DNA from: Meyerozyma guilliermondii
Taxonomy: Eukaryota
Direction: 5' to 3'
DNA: 64,000 nt
Assembly: GCA_051546255.1 (NCBI GenBank)
Contig: CP128815.1
Coordinates: 744,001 to 808,000 of the forward strand
The notes under the pieces were generated by a model. The model made no database searches. It saw nothing but the letters and a program-made list of their open reading frames with translations, and had not been told where the DNA came from. Position 1 is the stretch's first letter, and every line of letters starts with the position of its first letter. A program made the position numbers and the translations under genes. Shown piece after piece: positions 1 through 10,825 of this stretch.

Positions 1-1176
1 GTCTGGCAGGTCTGTAGCAAATGCAAGGTCAGCTAGAATGTTTTTTTCGTGGATCTCTGAAAAGTTCCAAAAAACAACGATTCCATAGCTGAAAATGAAC
101 ATCTCTCCATGATGTTTAGAGAGCTCAATCTGAGCGTTGATTCGACTGTCCGTCCCGCTGGGTTGATCGGACATGCTTTTATTTGGGGCTGGAATGCTGC
201 CACCACTATCAGTATCACTCGTAGTTTCGTCTACTGGTGGTGCAAAGAATTGAGGCTCAGATGGATCGAAGGGAGTATTGTCGAAATTTTCCGTTTCTGG
301 ATCCATTGAGTAGTTTTGAACATCCTCGGGGGTCTCTACTCCAGAGTAGTACTCGTATAAATGATCCGCCTGTTCATTCTTGTTGATCATTTTCTCCATG
401 AATTGGTTCTTGCGTTCAAGTTTTGCAGAATTGTTCGATTTAACCCTGAAGCCATCGTTTCCCGGCAACAACGGCAACAGGTACGGCACGAAAAGAGACT
501 CGTCGTAGAGTCGGGGCTTCACCTCGTGATTTTGCGCCAAAAATTTGGACACGGCCTCAATGTTAAACTGTTCGCATATATAGTACGCCGTCATTCGATT
601 GAATTCGTGTTGCCGATCCTCCTTGGACATCAATTCTGCTCGCGATCTTTGGATCTGGGTCTGGAGTTCGGGTGATATTTGGGACAGAAGTGCCATGGGT
701 GGTGGAGGTGAAGTGTAACGCTGTTGCTCAGGAATGAGTACAAGTTTTTGGGAAGTCTTGGAAGTTCTGGAAGGAAGTGACTGGGAAAGTTTGGGAATGC
801 TACGGATGGGATTTCGACTGTAGCCTTCTACAGGAGGAGACATTGGTCTATGTTGAGGAGATGAAGGATGACTCGCTAGCTGAGGTGGTAGTCTGCTCTG
901 CCCTGATGGTATATCACTAGAATTGCTAAGAAGCTTATCGACGGAAATATCGGTGTATTTGTTAACACGGTTCACTAGTCGTTTGTGTAGCGGGCCTGAA
1001 CTCAAAGGTTGACCTTGTTGTTGGAGTTGTTTCTTATAATTATGCCCGGCAAACGGAGCTCTCGTTCCCTTTATGCCATTTGTTCTGGAGTCTGTGACCA
1101 AGATAGAAGGCGACCTTTTGGCGGTGGGCCTTCGGATCTCGCGGTTTCCCGAGGTATAGGGCGAGTTTGTACTCAT
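1..1176 (-). CDS. RMD8: Rmd8-family (DUF155) sporulation protein, 3'-truncated by window edge
   Basis: Not in ORF track. Manually read from ATG at 1176: MSTNSPY..KRSPSILVTDSR..LPSRTSKTSQKLVLIPE..RMTAYYICEQFNIEAVSKFLAQNHEVKPRLYDESLFVPY(S)LPLLPGNDGFRVKSN, matching recalled Rmd8 motifs. No minus-strand stop is reported for this frame, consistent with it running off the edge. Confidence 0.85.
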   Translation of the reverse strand, partial: MSTNSPYTSGNREIRRPTAKRSPSILVTDSRTNGIKGTRAPFAGHNYKKQLQQQGQPLSSGPLHKRLVNRVNKYTDISVDKLLSNSSDIPSGQSRLPPQLASHPSSPQHRPMSPPVEGYSRNPIRSIPKLSQSLPSRTSKTSQKLVLIPEQQRYTSPPPPMALLSQISPELQTQIQRSRAELMSKEDRQHEFNRMTAYYICEQFNIEAVSKFLAQNHEVKPRLYDESLFVPYLLPLLPGNDGFRVKSNNSAKLERKNQFMEKMINKNEQADHLYEYYSGVETPEDVQNYSMDPETENFDNTPFDPSEPQFFAPPVDETTSDTDSGGSIPAPNKSMSDQPSGTDSRINAQIELSKHHGEMFIFSYGIVVFWNFSEIHEKNILADLAFATDLPD

Positions 1177-1415
1177 GCCAGATAAGGGCAGAAATAAGTT
1201 GTTGGTTGCTTGATGGGTTCCTGCTGTGGTTTGTGCAGGAATCAACAGAGACGGACAATCTCAAAGAATACGGAAATAAAAATGAAATAGAAAAGTGGAA
1301 AAAGGTGGTTTTCTTGTTGATTTGAGCACGTAGCACCTCAGAGATAACATTAGAGCTCCATCGTCACTTAACCACCCTTAGTTTCTGTGAATACACATCC
1401 AATTCTCCGCTCTGT

Positions 1416-1441
1416 GTCACGTGACGATGACTGAAAAATTT
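1416..1441. promoter_or_regulatory. Cbf1-type E-box palindrome GTCACGTGAC plus RRPE-like TGAAAAATTT in the RMD8/GUS1 divergent promoter
   Basis: GTCACGTGAC at 1416-1425 and TGAAAAATTT at 1432-1441, 35-60 bp upstream of the GUS1 ATG. Confidence 0.55.
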
Positions 1442-1475
1442 CAATGTCTCAAAAATACTCAGTGATTCATCCTTT

Positions 1476-3644
1476 ATGAAATTAGTTGTAGCAGCAAAGG
1501 CAGCCACTTTGGGCTATCCTGTGTTGATTGCAGTGAATCTCATTAACAACTCCAACAACTCCGAATCTATTGAAGTCGAATATGTGGACGATAAAGCCGC
1601 AAGCGACAAGGATGCTCCAATCAACTTGATCACTGAAAGTGGTTCAGAAATCGTTAGACAAGAATTGGCTCTTGCCCACTTGGGAATCAAGTTCCCAGAC
1701 ATCATCAAAAATGCAGAAGAATCTGAATCGTGGTTTGAATTCGCCATCACCAAATTGTACGTCAAAAACTTTAAGCAATTGACTGGTGATCTCGAAAAGC
1801 TCGATGCGCATTTGAATTTGAGAAGTACTATAGTTGGCTATTCCGTGTCTGCTGCTGATATTGCTGTATGGGGTGTATTGAGAGCCAACGCATTGATGGG
1901 TTCAGTCATCAAGAACGAGGTTTATCAGAATGTTTCTCGTTGGTACAACTTCATTGCCTCTAACAAGGCATTTGAAGGTGCAGTGGAAACCATGACCAAG
2001 TCAGTCAATGAGATCAGAAAGCTGGCCAAGGCCACCAAGAATGGTGGAAAGAAGGAGGCTCACAAAGCCAGCTTTGATATTGATCTTCCAAATGCTCAGG
2101 TTGGTAAGGTAGTTACTCGTTTCCCTCCTGAACCTTCGGGGTACTTGCACATTGGACATGCCAAAGCTGCTATTTTGAACGAATACTTTGCTCATGCTTA
2201 CAAGGGTAAGTTAATCATTCGGTTCGACGACACCAACCCAACCAAAGAAAAAGTTGAGTTTCAAGACTCTATCATTGAAGATTTGGCACTTTTGGGTATC
2301 AAAGGTGACGTTGTCTCGTACTCGTCTGACTATTTTCAACAGATGTACGACTTGGCTCTCCAACTCATCAAAGACGGCAATGCTTATTGCGATAACACAC
2401 CTTTGGAAGAAATGAGAGAGCAAAGAATGGTCGGAGAACCTTCTGCCAAGAGAGACACCAGTGTCGACGAAAACTTGAGAATTTTCACTGAGGAAATGAC
2501 CAAAGGTACAGAAGAAGGGTTAAAATACTGTCTTAGAGCCAAGATCGATTACAAGGCACCTAACAAGGCCTTGAGAGACCCCGTCATGTACAGATGTAAT
2601 TTGACTCCTCATCACAGAACTGGAACCCAATGGAAAGTTTATCCTACATACGACTTCTGTGCTCCAGTGGTCGATTCCATCGAGGGTGTCACCCATGCTT
2701 TGAGAACCAACGAATACAGAGACAGAAATCCGCAGTACGAATGGGTGTTGAAGGCTTTGAATTTGCGTCATGTCGACATTTGGGATTTTGCCAGAACAAA
2801 CTTTGTCAGAACCTTATTATCCAAGAGAAAGTTACAGTGGTTCGTCGACAAGAAGTATGTTGGTAACTGGGATGACCCACGTTTTCCTACAGTTCGTGGT
2901 GTGAGAAGAAGAGGAATGACTGTGGAAGGATTGAGAAACTTTGTCATTTCCCAAGGTCCTTCAAGAAATATCATCAACTTGGACTGGTCGGTGATTTGGG
3001 CAATGAACAAGAAAATCATTGATCCTGTTGCACCTAGATTCACTGCTGTCGAAGCCAAGAATGCCGTTCCGGTTGAAATTGAAGGAGCTCCTTCCACGCC
3101 TCAAAAGGAACAAAAACCCAAGCACAAGAAGAACCCCGAGGTCGGAACCAAAGACGTCATTTTGTATAACAAGGTACTTATCGACCAGGCCGATGCAGCT
3201 TTAATCGAAGACAAAGAGGAGGTTACTTTCATGGATTGGGGTAATGTCATTATCACCGAAATTACCAAAGAAGACGGTATTGTTAAGTCTTTGAAGGGTC
3301 AATTGCACTTGGAGGGTGATTTCCGTAAAACTTCCAAAAAACTTACTTGGTTGGCCAACACAGATGATAAGGTTCCTGTGGATTTGGTTGACTTTGATCA
3401 CTTGATCACCAAAGACAAACTCGAAGATGGAGACAACTTTGAGGATTTCTTGACCCCACAAACCGAATTCCACACTGAAGCTTTGGCTGACCTTAACATC
3501 AGAAACTTGAAGGAGGGAGATATTATCCAGTTCGAGAGAAAGGGCTACTATAGATTGGACAAACCATATTCCGAGGGTAGTCCAGCTGTCTTTTATACCA
3601 TTCCCGATGGTAAGACTGTGTCCAAGTACGGATCTAAGAAATAG
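1476..3644 (+). CDS. GUS1: Cytoplasmic glutamyl-tRNA synthetase
   Basis: N-terminal GST-like domain, class I motif TRFPPEPSGYLHIGH, LLSKRKL (KMSKS-like), C-terminal IQFERKGYY. Confidence 0.97.
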   Translation: MKLVVAAKAATLGYPVLIAVNLINNSNNSESIEVEYVDDKAASDKDAPINLITESGSEIVRQELALAHLGIKFPDIIKNAEESESWFEFAITKLYVKNFKQLTGDLEKLDAHLNLRSTIVGYSVSAADIAVWGVLRANALMGSVIKNEVYQNVSRWYNFIASNKAFEGAVETMTKSVNEIRKLAKATKNGGKKEAHKASFDIDLPNAQVGKVVTRFPPEPSGYLHIGHAKAAILNEYFAHAYKGKLIIRFDDTNPTKEKVEFQDSIIEDLALLGIKGDVVSYSSDYFQQMYDLALQLIKDGNAYCDNTPLEEMREQRMVGEPSAKRDTSVDENLRIFTEEMTKGTEEGLKYCLRAKIDYKAPNKALRDPVMYRCNLTPHHRTGTQWKVYPTYDFCAPVVDSIEGVTHALRTNEYRDRNPQYEWVLKALNLRHVDIWDFARTNFVRTLLSKRKLQWFVDKKYVGNWDDPRFPTVRGVRRRGMTVEGLRNFVISQGPSRNIINLDWSVIWAMNKKIIDPVAPRFTAVEAKNAVPVEIEGAPSTPQKEQKPKHKKNPEVGTKDVILYNKVLIDQADAALIEDKEEVTFMDWGNVIITEITKEDGIVKSLKGQLHLEGDFRKTSKKLTWLANTDDKVPVDLVDFDHLITKDKLEDGDNFEDFLTPQTEFHTEALADLNIRNLKEGDIIQFERKGYYRLDKPYSEGSPAVFYTIPDGKTVSKYGSKK

Positions 3645-3745
3645 TTGTATACATAAATATAATACTCGACACTACTCATGAAGCCTTTACGACTTAACGA
3701 CACTACTTGTCAATTGTTTCTTTGATGGTATTGAGTGCAAAAAAA

Positions 3746-3817
3746 TTCCGATACCGGGAGTCGAACCCGGGTCTGCTCGGTGAAAGCGAACCGTGCTAGC
3801 CGTTACACTATATCGGA
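3746..3817 (-). tRNA. tRNA-Glu (anticodon UUC), intronless
   Basis: Reverse complement TCCGATATAGTGTAACGGCTAGCACGGTTCGCTTTCACCGAGCAGACCCGGGTTCGACTCCCGGTATCGGAA (72 nt): acceptor stem TCCGATA/TATCGGA, anticodon loop CTTTCAC, T-loop GTTCGAC, followed by a T7 Pol III terminator at 3739-3745. Confidence 0.97.
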
Positions 3818-3987
3818 TATTTCTGTACAGTTCTAGCTGCGATATCCACAAGTGGTGTATGAAGTTTCAAAGTTTAAATTATAGTGGCAATACAGACTAT
3901 TTTTATTATATACTAAAAATTAATAATTTTGACATTTACTTGGTTTCTTGCAAGCACTCTATCTGTCTATGGTGTATATTATCATTC

Positions 3988-5721
3988 TCAGTGTTTTTCC
4001 GACTCTGGTGAATAAGCATACCTTGAAAACTTTCTAATTCGGGCACCGAATTTGTAGAACAAGAACGGAATGAAGCAACATGCCAAAGCAATAAATCCCA
4101 TTAATGATGATGCCCACTGGTTTCCCAACCTATTGTACATCTGAATGGTGAATAAGGGGACACAAGCACCCCAGATAGATCTCACCAAAGTTTTCGCAGC
4201 CAATGCACTTGCAGCGTAGTGTTGGTAAGAGTCCACGATGTAATTATTGGCTGGATTATACAGAGCACAGAAGCCAAACCCTGCTGCGAGTCCACTGAAG
4301 CAAGGACCTGCCCATGAGATTCTCGTATATGAGGACCATGCAAAGCAAAACAAACCAATGGGAATAAACCAGCATACAACCATCATAGGAATCAATCTTA
4401 ACTCAGCTGGCGGTAACTCACCTCTATCACGATACACTTGTGCTCTTCTATTGTAGTCTCTGTTGACATAAGGTGCAATTAAGGTGGCGAGGATCACTCC
4501 CACTCCAATGGGAATGAACATAATTCCTGTTTTGGAAGCAGACCAACCTTTGTCCTTCATGTAGACAATTGGATAGGCAAAGAAAAACATGTACAACAAT
4601 CCATAAATGACAGCCATAAAAATGGTGATTAGAAACACAATAAGCTCACTCAATAATAAGAAAGGTCTCAATAAAGAGTCCAGGGCAACTTGGCTAAAAG
4701 TTCTCACTTTTAATTCTCCAATGGTCTTGTAACGTTGATCACCAGTTTCTTTCCTTAACTTTATTGCTCTGCGTTTAAGAAGAGTACTGGCTTGAGTTTC
4801 AGGAACAAATATAGTAAGAACAGCGTAAAAGAAACCTGCCACGATCAAAAAGGTCCAATAAATCCATCTCCAAGTTGGTGCATAGTCGCCCAAAAGACCT
4901 CCAAAAATCGGACCCATGACAGGTCCAAGGTATGGAGCTGCAGAGAAAATAGCCATGGCTTGTCCTCTCTCACTGCTGTGCCAAATATCTGACAAAGATC
5001 CACCGATTAAAGTCATTGGAGCGGAAAATGCAATTCCATCTATAAGACGACAAATTAAAAGTGTTTCAATATTCTTGGCCAAAGCACAAGGAATGATAAA
5101 TATGAGTCCCAATGCCAACGTTACCGTGTACACCGGTTTCCTGCCCACTTCTTCTGACATTGGAGCAAATATACATGGTCCAAATCCAAAACCAAGCACA
5201 AAGGTGGTAACAGAAGCCACAATAATCACCTCTTCTGAAACACCCAATTCATTTCGAGGCCCCTCGAGATCACCAGTCACAATTGCAGAACCGAGAGCCA
5301 CAACAAAACAAATGGAACCTAAAATTAATGTAAGGAGCCACTTTCTTCCATAGCCCATGTTTTTAGGATCTTCCTTGTCACCCTCTACAAACTCCACAAT
5401 ACGAAGTTCGGTTTGTTGGTCTATTGGGTACTTCCATGGATCGTTTTCGTTGTAGTCAGAAGAGGGGTCTGCTCTAGAGTGAAATTTTTTCAAGTCGTAC
5501 GGCTGTTCCAACTCACCCAAGGCTCCACCTTTTTCTTCGAGACCAGAAACGACCTTTTGGATACTTCTGGATTCACTTATGGTTCGCTCTATATTCTTGG
5601 CCAGGTACGCTTCCGCATCAACTTTTTCATCGGAATCAAAAGCATCATTTTTGTGATAAGATTTGGGCACTTTATCAGACCCTCTGATAGAGCTGAGCGT
5701 ACTACTCTCCGTAGACACCAT
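3988..5721 (-). CDS. MFS drug:H+ antiporter, DHA1 family (Tpo/Nag-like)
   Basis: 577 aa, about 12 hydrophobic segments, [22 protein letters not shown] and PPAELRL motifs typical of DHA1. Confidence 0.9.
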   Translation of the reverse strand: MVSTESSTLSSIRGSDKVPKSYHKNDAFDSDEKVDAEAYLAKNIERTISESRSIQKVVSGLEEKGGALGELEQPYDLKKFHSRADPSSDYNENDPWKYPIDQQTELRIVEFVEGDKEDPKNMGYGRKWLLTLILGSICFVVALGSAIVTGDLEGPRNELGVSEEVIIVASVTTFVLGFGFGPCIFAPMSEEVGRKPVYTVTLALGLIFIIPCALAKNIETLLICRLIDGIAFSAPMTLIGGSLSDIWHSSERGQAMAIFSAAPYLGPVMGPIFGGLLGDYAPTWRWIYWTFLIVAGFFYAVLTIFVPETQASTLLKRRAIKLRKETGDQRYKTIGELKVRTFSQVALDSLLRPFLLLSELIVFLITIFMAVIYGLLYMFFFAYPIVYMKDKGWSASKTGIMFIPIGVGVILATLIAPYVNRDYNRRAQVYRDRGELPPAELRLIPMMVVCWFIPIGLFCFAWSSYTRISWAGPCFSGLAAGFGFCALYNPANNYIVDSYQHYAASALAAKTLVRSIWGACVPLFTIQMYNRLGNQWASSLMGFIALACCFIPFLFYKFGARIRKFSRYAYSPESEKH

Positions 5722-6682
5722 CTCAATTTCTAGGCAAATATTTCAGTGTGAATGAAAAGAAAAACACGATTGGTACAGCCTCCAAGTGACAAAAAAGCTA
5801 AAATTTTACCTCCATGAAATATTTATAATCGGCTGCAAAATAAGTCGGCTCACCGCGGCCGGTCCCGATGGTCGCAGAATACAAAACTGTGCCAATTTCA
5901 GCGTTTGAGGCTTGAAAGTCGTATATGCATCACCATAAGGCATGTGAAGCAATATCACACCGACTTAGAGGTGCCAATTGAGCGCCATTGTTACCCCTAC
6001 TGTTAACTTCAAGCCGACCAGATATCGGCACGGCTATAAAGCATGTGCTTTAAAAGTGAGGCACGCGGTATATGCAGTCGCCAACACATGCTTGGCGACT
6101 ATTCTCGGAGCGTATCCCAAATAGTCAATTGAATCCATATGGACCCAAAAACGAACATCAGACAGACTGTGGCAAATTATGGCGCAATTGGCAATTTTTC
6201 TCGAATTTTCCATCTTCATGGATGATTAGGCACCATTACGTACTATATGTACGGCGTCTCTACCTATGACGTAAGCACCACATTTGGCCCCAGTGTCGAT
6301 TTTCGCTCTCGTACGACTGAACGATTCGATTGTTTGCTGCACGAATAGGCTTTGGTCACACGGGATTACACGGGTTATGTGCCGGATCAAAATCTGGGGA
6401 AGCACAAAACAAAATTAGCCTTCCGAAGCCCCAGAACGTCACAAAGACCGTCACATATACGTAGTATCCTGACAGTTTTAACGCCTTCAATTTATATCTG
6501 ACTCTGGAGTCAATTGAGTGCCGCAATTGCTTGAGCTGGTTTTTGCTATTCTCGGGTTACGTAATGTATGCACCTATTACGTAGCCGTTGGTTGCGGAGT
6601 TGCGACCGCCGCAATCGTCAGCACTATATAAGGAGGAGGGGAATGTCTTTCAAGATTCAATTGACATTTAAACAAGATTGAA

Positions 6683-7027
6683 ATGGCCGCACCACACAAA
6701 TTATTTTACAAGGGATCGAATGTCGATGATTTCGTGATTTTTGTTGACGACGTTAATTTGCGTGAAAAGTATCTCAAAGGTGACACCACCATACCCTTGA
6801 TTGACATTGTTTCCATCTATAAAGTGTTTGTTAATAGACAAGGTGGTCTGGAGGGTGTGTTGGATGAAGCCTCCAAGAACGAATTGTCCAATGAATTTGG
6901 AACAACTGATGTCGATGCCATTATTAAGAAGATCTTGAAAGAGGGTAGTGACAAGCAAGGTAGCTCCATACAAAGAGGAGGTAATTCTCATAACGACTCG
7001 ATGGGTGCAGGAAACACTGGTAACTAG
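6683..7027 (+). CDS. RTC3: SBDS-N-terminal-like stress protein Rtc3
   Basis: KLFYKG..DFVIFVDD..IPLIDIVSIYKVF..LDEASKNELSNEFGT..IIKKILKEG; TATATAA and AGGGG (STRE-like) about 40-60 bp upstream. Confidence 0.85.
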   Translation: MAAPHKLFYKGSNVDDFVIFVDDVNLREKYLKGDTTIPLIDIVSIYKVFVNRQGGLEGVLDEASKNELSNEFGTTDVDAIIKKILKEGSDKQGSSIQRGGNSHNDSMGAGNTGN

Positions 7028-7123
7028 ATAGCATAAAAGCCAATAAAACGACTTCGGTAGTCAGTGTAGTGCCTCTGTGATTTCAAATCAGCAAAGTACA
7101 ATATCAACTCGGTACATTATCAA

Positions 7124-8566
7124 CTAGCTTTGATGGTTCTTTGTCCTTGAGTTGCTTTTTTCCACCTTTCGTATAAAATAGTCAACGTCTTTCGTGGGTA
7201 GAAGCAGAAACCAATATTGGACATCGGTTTCGACATTTTTTCGATTTTTGCAATTATCCACAATTATGAGTTCATTGAAATAGCAATTGGTTCGATCCTC
7301 TTCAGCCAACAGCTTAGTGGTCACATCTACTGGTGTAATCTGTGGCGGTACTTTGAACATAGAAGAGGAGCCATCCTCATGGTCCTGGGTGGTAAAATGC
7401 TGACACCAAGTCGCATGTTCCCAGCAATTTGCAGCCACGAACAAGATCTCATACCGGCGTTCTTTATCTGTGAAATCTAGTTTGCTGGAAAATTCATACT
7501 TGCTGAAGATGCCTCCACTCGTATCCACCGGGCTAGGATAAAATTTTGATCCTTTCAAAGGAATCACAAATCGCACTTTCATCTTTCTGGACCACATATG
7601 TCCAACTTCACTTAAAACAAGATGATGTTTATAAAGAAAGACCCCATAAACTCGGTTGATAAACTTCTTTTGGGACTTCCATATTACTTGTGAGCTATCG
7701 GCAAACAAGCATGTGCCGAAAAATTGCAGACATACTTTTATGGAACGGGAAATGGACAGGAAATCACAGATATTGTTGAGCATTCTTGCCTTGCTATACT
7801 CCTCACTTGATATGGAGATTTCATTGACAATTTGTAGTAATTTCAAACATCGTTCGTAAGCTCGCTTCAAGTCTTCCCTCTTTTTTGTTGTGTTGCATAT
7901 AAATGCCTCGATGTATAGTTTGTACCGAGCAATGCGTGCCAACGGTTTTTGCATGACAGACATGAAAGATAGATCTGATCGTTTGTGTTGTATCAAACGA
8001 AGATACGACTCCCAGCTTCTGAACCACAATGGGTTTGCCTCGAGTAAGTCACGAATATAGTGAAACAATTCAATATACTTACTATACCAGGCTGTCTCAA
8101 TTCCATATGAACAAACCATATGCGACATCTTGACAAGCCTTTCTTCTCCATTACCAGAGGTGCTGGAGAAACAATTCCTTAAATGTTTTGCAAGCATGCT
8201 GTGTGAGTCAATGAGTGATTTAACTGTTGCCTGTAGTTCTACAATTGGGTAAGGACGACATAGCTGCCTGATTTTAAATGTATCCAAATAGTAGTTTCCA
8301 AGAACTTTCAAGTTTGTAACATAGTTTTCCTCGGAAACGACAAGCTCCTCCATGAGATAATGTAGCTGCTGTCTTTCCGTCTTGAGTGTCTTATCATAGG
8401 GAGAAAATGACAAATTTGGCACCGGCGACGTATAATCAGTAGTCAGTTCTGTGCCAGGCAGAACCACCCAACTATTGAAAGCAGGGGAATTGAGTACCGA
8501 AAGTTCATCCGACACATTTTCAGGAAAGAGATTGAGATGGAATGAGGGAGAGTCCACCACGCTCAT
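7124..8566 (-). CDS. Dbl-homology (RhoGEF) domain protein with probable PH domain
   Basis: MEELVVSEENYVTNLKVL (DH CR1) and LSFMSVMQKPLARIARYKL (DH CR3). First ATG is at 8566; the track start at 8659 is a GTG. Confidence 0.75.
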   Translation of the reverse strand: MSVVDSPSFHLNLFPENVSDELSVLNSPAFNSWVVLPGTELTTDYTSPVPNLSFSPYDKTLKTERQQLHYLMEELVVSEENYVTNLKVLGNYYLDTFKIRQLCRPYPIVELQATVKSLIDSHSMLAKHLRNCFSSTSGNGEERLVKMSHMVCSYGIETAWYSKYIELFHYIRDLLEANPLWFRSWESYLRLIQHKRSDLSFMSVMQKPLARIARYKLYIEAFICNTTKKREDLKRAYERCLKLLQIVNEISISSEEYSKARMLNNICDFLSISRSIKVCLQFFGTCLFADSSQVIWKSQKKFINRVYGVFLYKHHLVLSEVGHMWSRKMKVRFVIPLKGSKFYPSPVDTSGGIFSKYEFSSKLDFTDKERRYEILFVAANCWEHATWCQHFTTQDHEDGSSSMFKVPPQITPVDVTTKLLAEEDRTNCYFNELIIVDNCKNRKNVETDVQYWFLLLPTKDVDYFIRKVEKSNSRTKNHQS

Positions 8567-8701
8567 TTTTGTAGGCGGGTTGTGAATTTTATCTTTGTAC
8601 GCACAAGAAAAGTTGCAGCCATTCTTTTTGTCGCAACCAAAAAAGGGCACCCAACACACCCATCATAGAAGTAAAGATTTGTGACTAACACAAGAAGAAT
8701 C

Positions 8702-10651
8702 ATGAGTTCCAGAGCACTCCGGCGTCTTCAAAAACAGAAAGAAGAGACCGAGCTTGATGTTCTGAGTCTGGATACCGAAGAACAACCGAAAAAGGCTTTT
8801 AATGCATTTTCAGTACTAGGTGGAGACGACCTGGGTTCAGACACCGAAAACGAACAAATTGAAATTGATGAACCGCCAGTAGAGAAGAAACCCGTAAAGA
8901 CGAACAAGAAGAGCAAGAAGAAGAAGAAAAAGGGAAAAAAGAAGGAAGAAGTTAAGGAAGAAGTTACAGAGCCTGAAGATTTTAACGGTGTCTCTGATGA
9001 CCATCTTAGTGATGCATTTGAAGATATTATAGAACCTGAGCAATACGACGACGGTGACCCTGATAATGAGTTTGGAGACGACGAGACCTTGCGTGACGAT
9101 GATGCCAACTTTCTAAATTTGACTACAAAAAAATTAAAAGCGTCGCTACCATTGCTTTCTGTCAAGACCTCAAAAGCATTAGATCCTGATCACGAGTTGA
9201 AAAATTTGTTCGGAAATTTGTCACAAGAGACAATTGATGACGCAAACAGTACCTCTTCTCTTGCAATTTCTCCTGAAGTGTTGGCACAGTTCAAGAAGTT
9301 GGCAAGTCTTACTCGTGGATGGGGAGGAAAGGACCGTCGAAGTGTACCAGGAACGACTAGAAAACTTTTGATGACAAAGATTAGAGATGACTGGCTACCC
9401 ACACACCGCAAATCGATGACGATGAAGGAGTCAGAAGAAGATGAAATCATCGAGTTTTCACTTTATAAAGATGACATCGGCATAGCACCACAAGACTTCA
9501 AGAAAAAAGTCGATAGAGAGAGAAAAATGGGTATCAAGTACTTCAAGTTTGAAAAAGCTACTACATCGCAAGACAAGGCTGCAGATAGCCAGTTCATTGC
9601 ATCTGTCAAGGTCATGTCGGACCACGATGCATTGATACAACAATTGCAAAGACACCCATATCACGTCGAGACCTTGTTACAAGTAGCTATGATTCTCCTT
9701 AGACAAGGAGGTGACAAAGCTACGAGCAATGCGCTTGTTGAAAGGTGTTTATTTATCTTTGACCGAGCCTTACATCCCAAATTGCATCAACTACTTTTGG
9801 ATGGTAAATCGGAATTGATAAGGCTTCCTTACGAGCGCTATGCTAACCGTCAATTTTACCTATGTTTGTTCAGATACATCGTGGCGTTGGGAGAGAGAAA
9901 CTTGTTTCTGACAGCATTGAATTATTGCAAGCTTTTATTGGGGTTTAGTCCTGGAGAAGATCCGGTTGGTGTTAGGTACTACATCGACTTCTACGCCATT
10001 TTGAGTGAAGAATACGAGTTTTTGATTGACTTTGCAGACTCGTATCTAGTTACGTGCTATGACAATTGGAACACTCCCGGTATTGCATTTTCAACAGCAT
10101 TAGCCCACTTGCGACTTGGGAACCTTGAGAAAGCCAGGAGCCAACTAAAGGCTGCCTTTATGCGCCATAGGTATACGGCTTTCAGGCTAGCAGAGCAAGT
10201 GCAGGTGAGTGACGTTGGAGTCAAAGAATCCGAAGTAGAAGCGAACGGACGAGATATTTTGGAAGCTGAGACATACATGATACGAAGCAAAATGATGTGG
10301 AACGATACAAAGAGCATTGATTTCTTGCGAAACGAATTGACAGCATTGTGGACTCAACATAAACCTGAATCTAGAGGCTTTTTCTCGTCATGGATGCGAC
10401 CCTCAGCATCTGAAGCTCGTCCCATATCTACAAATCTTCTTAGATTTTCAATTCTCTCTGGAGAGGGTTCCTTAATGTCTAAAATTCCCTCAGAGGTATG
10501 GGAAGGAGAGACGTTCGAATACGATTTGTTTCCTCCTCAAGCGCCCGAAAGCTCAAAAGTGGTAGATTATTTGGAGGACTACGTGCACAATCTTTCAGAG
10601 CAATTGTTGGCGCAATTGAACATAGAAGATGCGCTTAGCGACATAGACTAG
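8702..10651 (+). CDS. RQC1: Ribosome quality control complex subunit 1 (TCF25 family)
   Basis: MSSRALRRL start, polybasic Lys tract, LQRHPYHVETLLQ, NRQFYLCLFRYI, EDPVGVRYYIDFYA. Confidence 0.92.
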   Translation: MSSRALRRLQKQKEETELDVLSLDTEEQPKKAFNAFSVLGGDDLGSDTENEQIEIDEPPVEKKPVKTNKKSKKKKKKGKKKEEVKEEVTEPEDFNGVSDDHLSDAFEDIIEPEQYDDGDPDNEFGDDETLRDDDANFLNLTTKKLKASLPLLSVKTSKALDPDHELKNLFGNLSQETIDDANSTSSLAISPEVLAQFKKLASLTRGWGGKDRRSVPGTTRKLLMTKIRDDWLPTHRKSMTMKESEEDEIIEFSLYKDDIGIAPQDFKKKVDRERKMGIKYFKFEKATTSQDKAADSQFIASVKVMSDHDALIQQLQRHPYHVETLLQVAMILLRQGGDKATSNALVERCLFIFDRALHPKLHQLLLDGKSELIRLPYERYANRQFYLCLFRYIVALGERNLFLTALNYCKLLLGFSPGEDPVGVRYYIDFYAILSEEYEFLIDFADSYLVTCYDNWNTPGIAFSTALAHLRLGNLEKARSQLKAAFMRHRYTAFRLAEQVQVSDVGVKESEVEANGRDILEAETYMIRSKMMWNDTKSIDFLRNELTALWTQHKPESRGFFSSWMRPSASEARPISTNLLRFSILSGEGSLMSKIPSEVWEGETFEYDLFPPQAPESSKVVDYLEDYVHNLSEQLLAQLNIEDALSDID

Positions 10652-10825
10652 CCTACGAATCATTCTATACGTTTAGAATAATATTAGTTCATAATTGATC
10701 ATATAGGCTTAACTTACTTATAGGCTCTACTTTGCTCCGATACTCTACTCAATTTGAGTTGTATGCGAAATGTCCGCTCCGCACTTCGTGCAGTCTTACT
10801 CTCAACAACCCAATACCCAACCTTA

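Noticed and set aside
33..1336. Short track ORFs at the window start (33-218, 109-309, 361-675, 1040-1336)
   Set aside because: Shadow or out-of-frame ORFs overlapping the real minus-strand RMD8 frame
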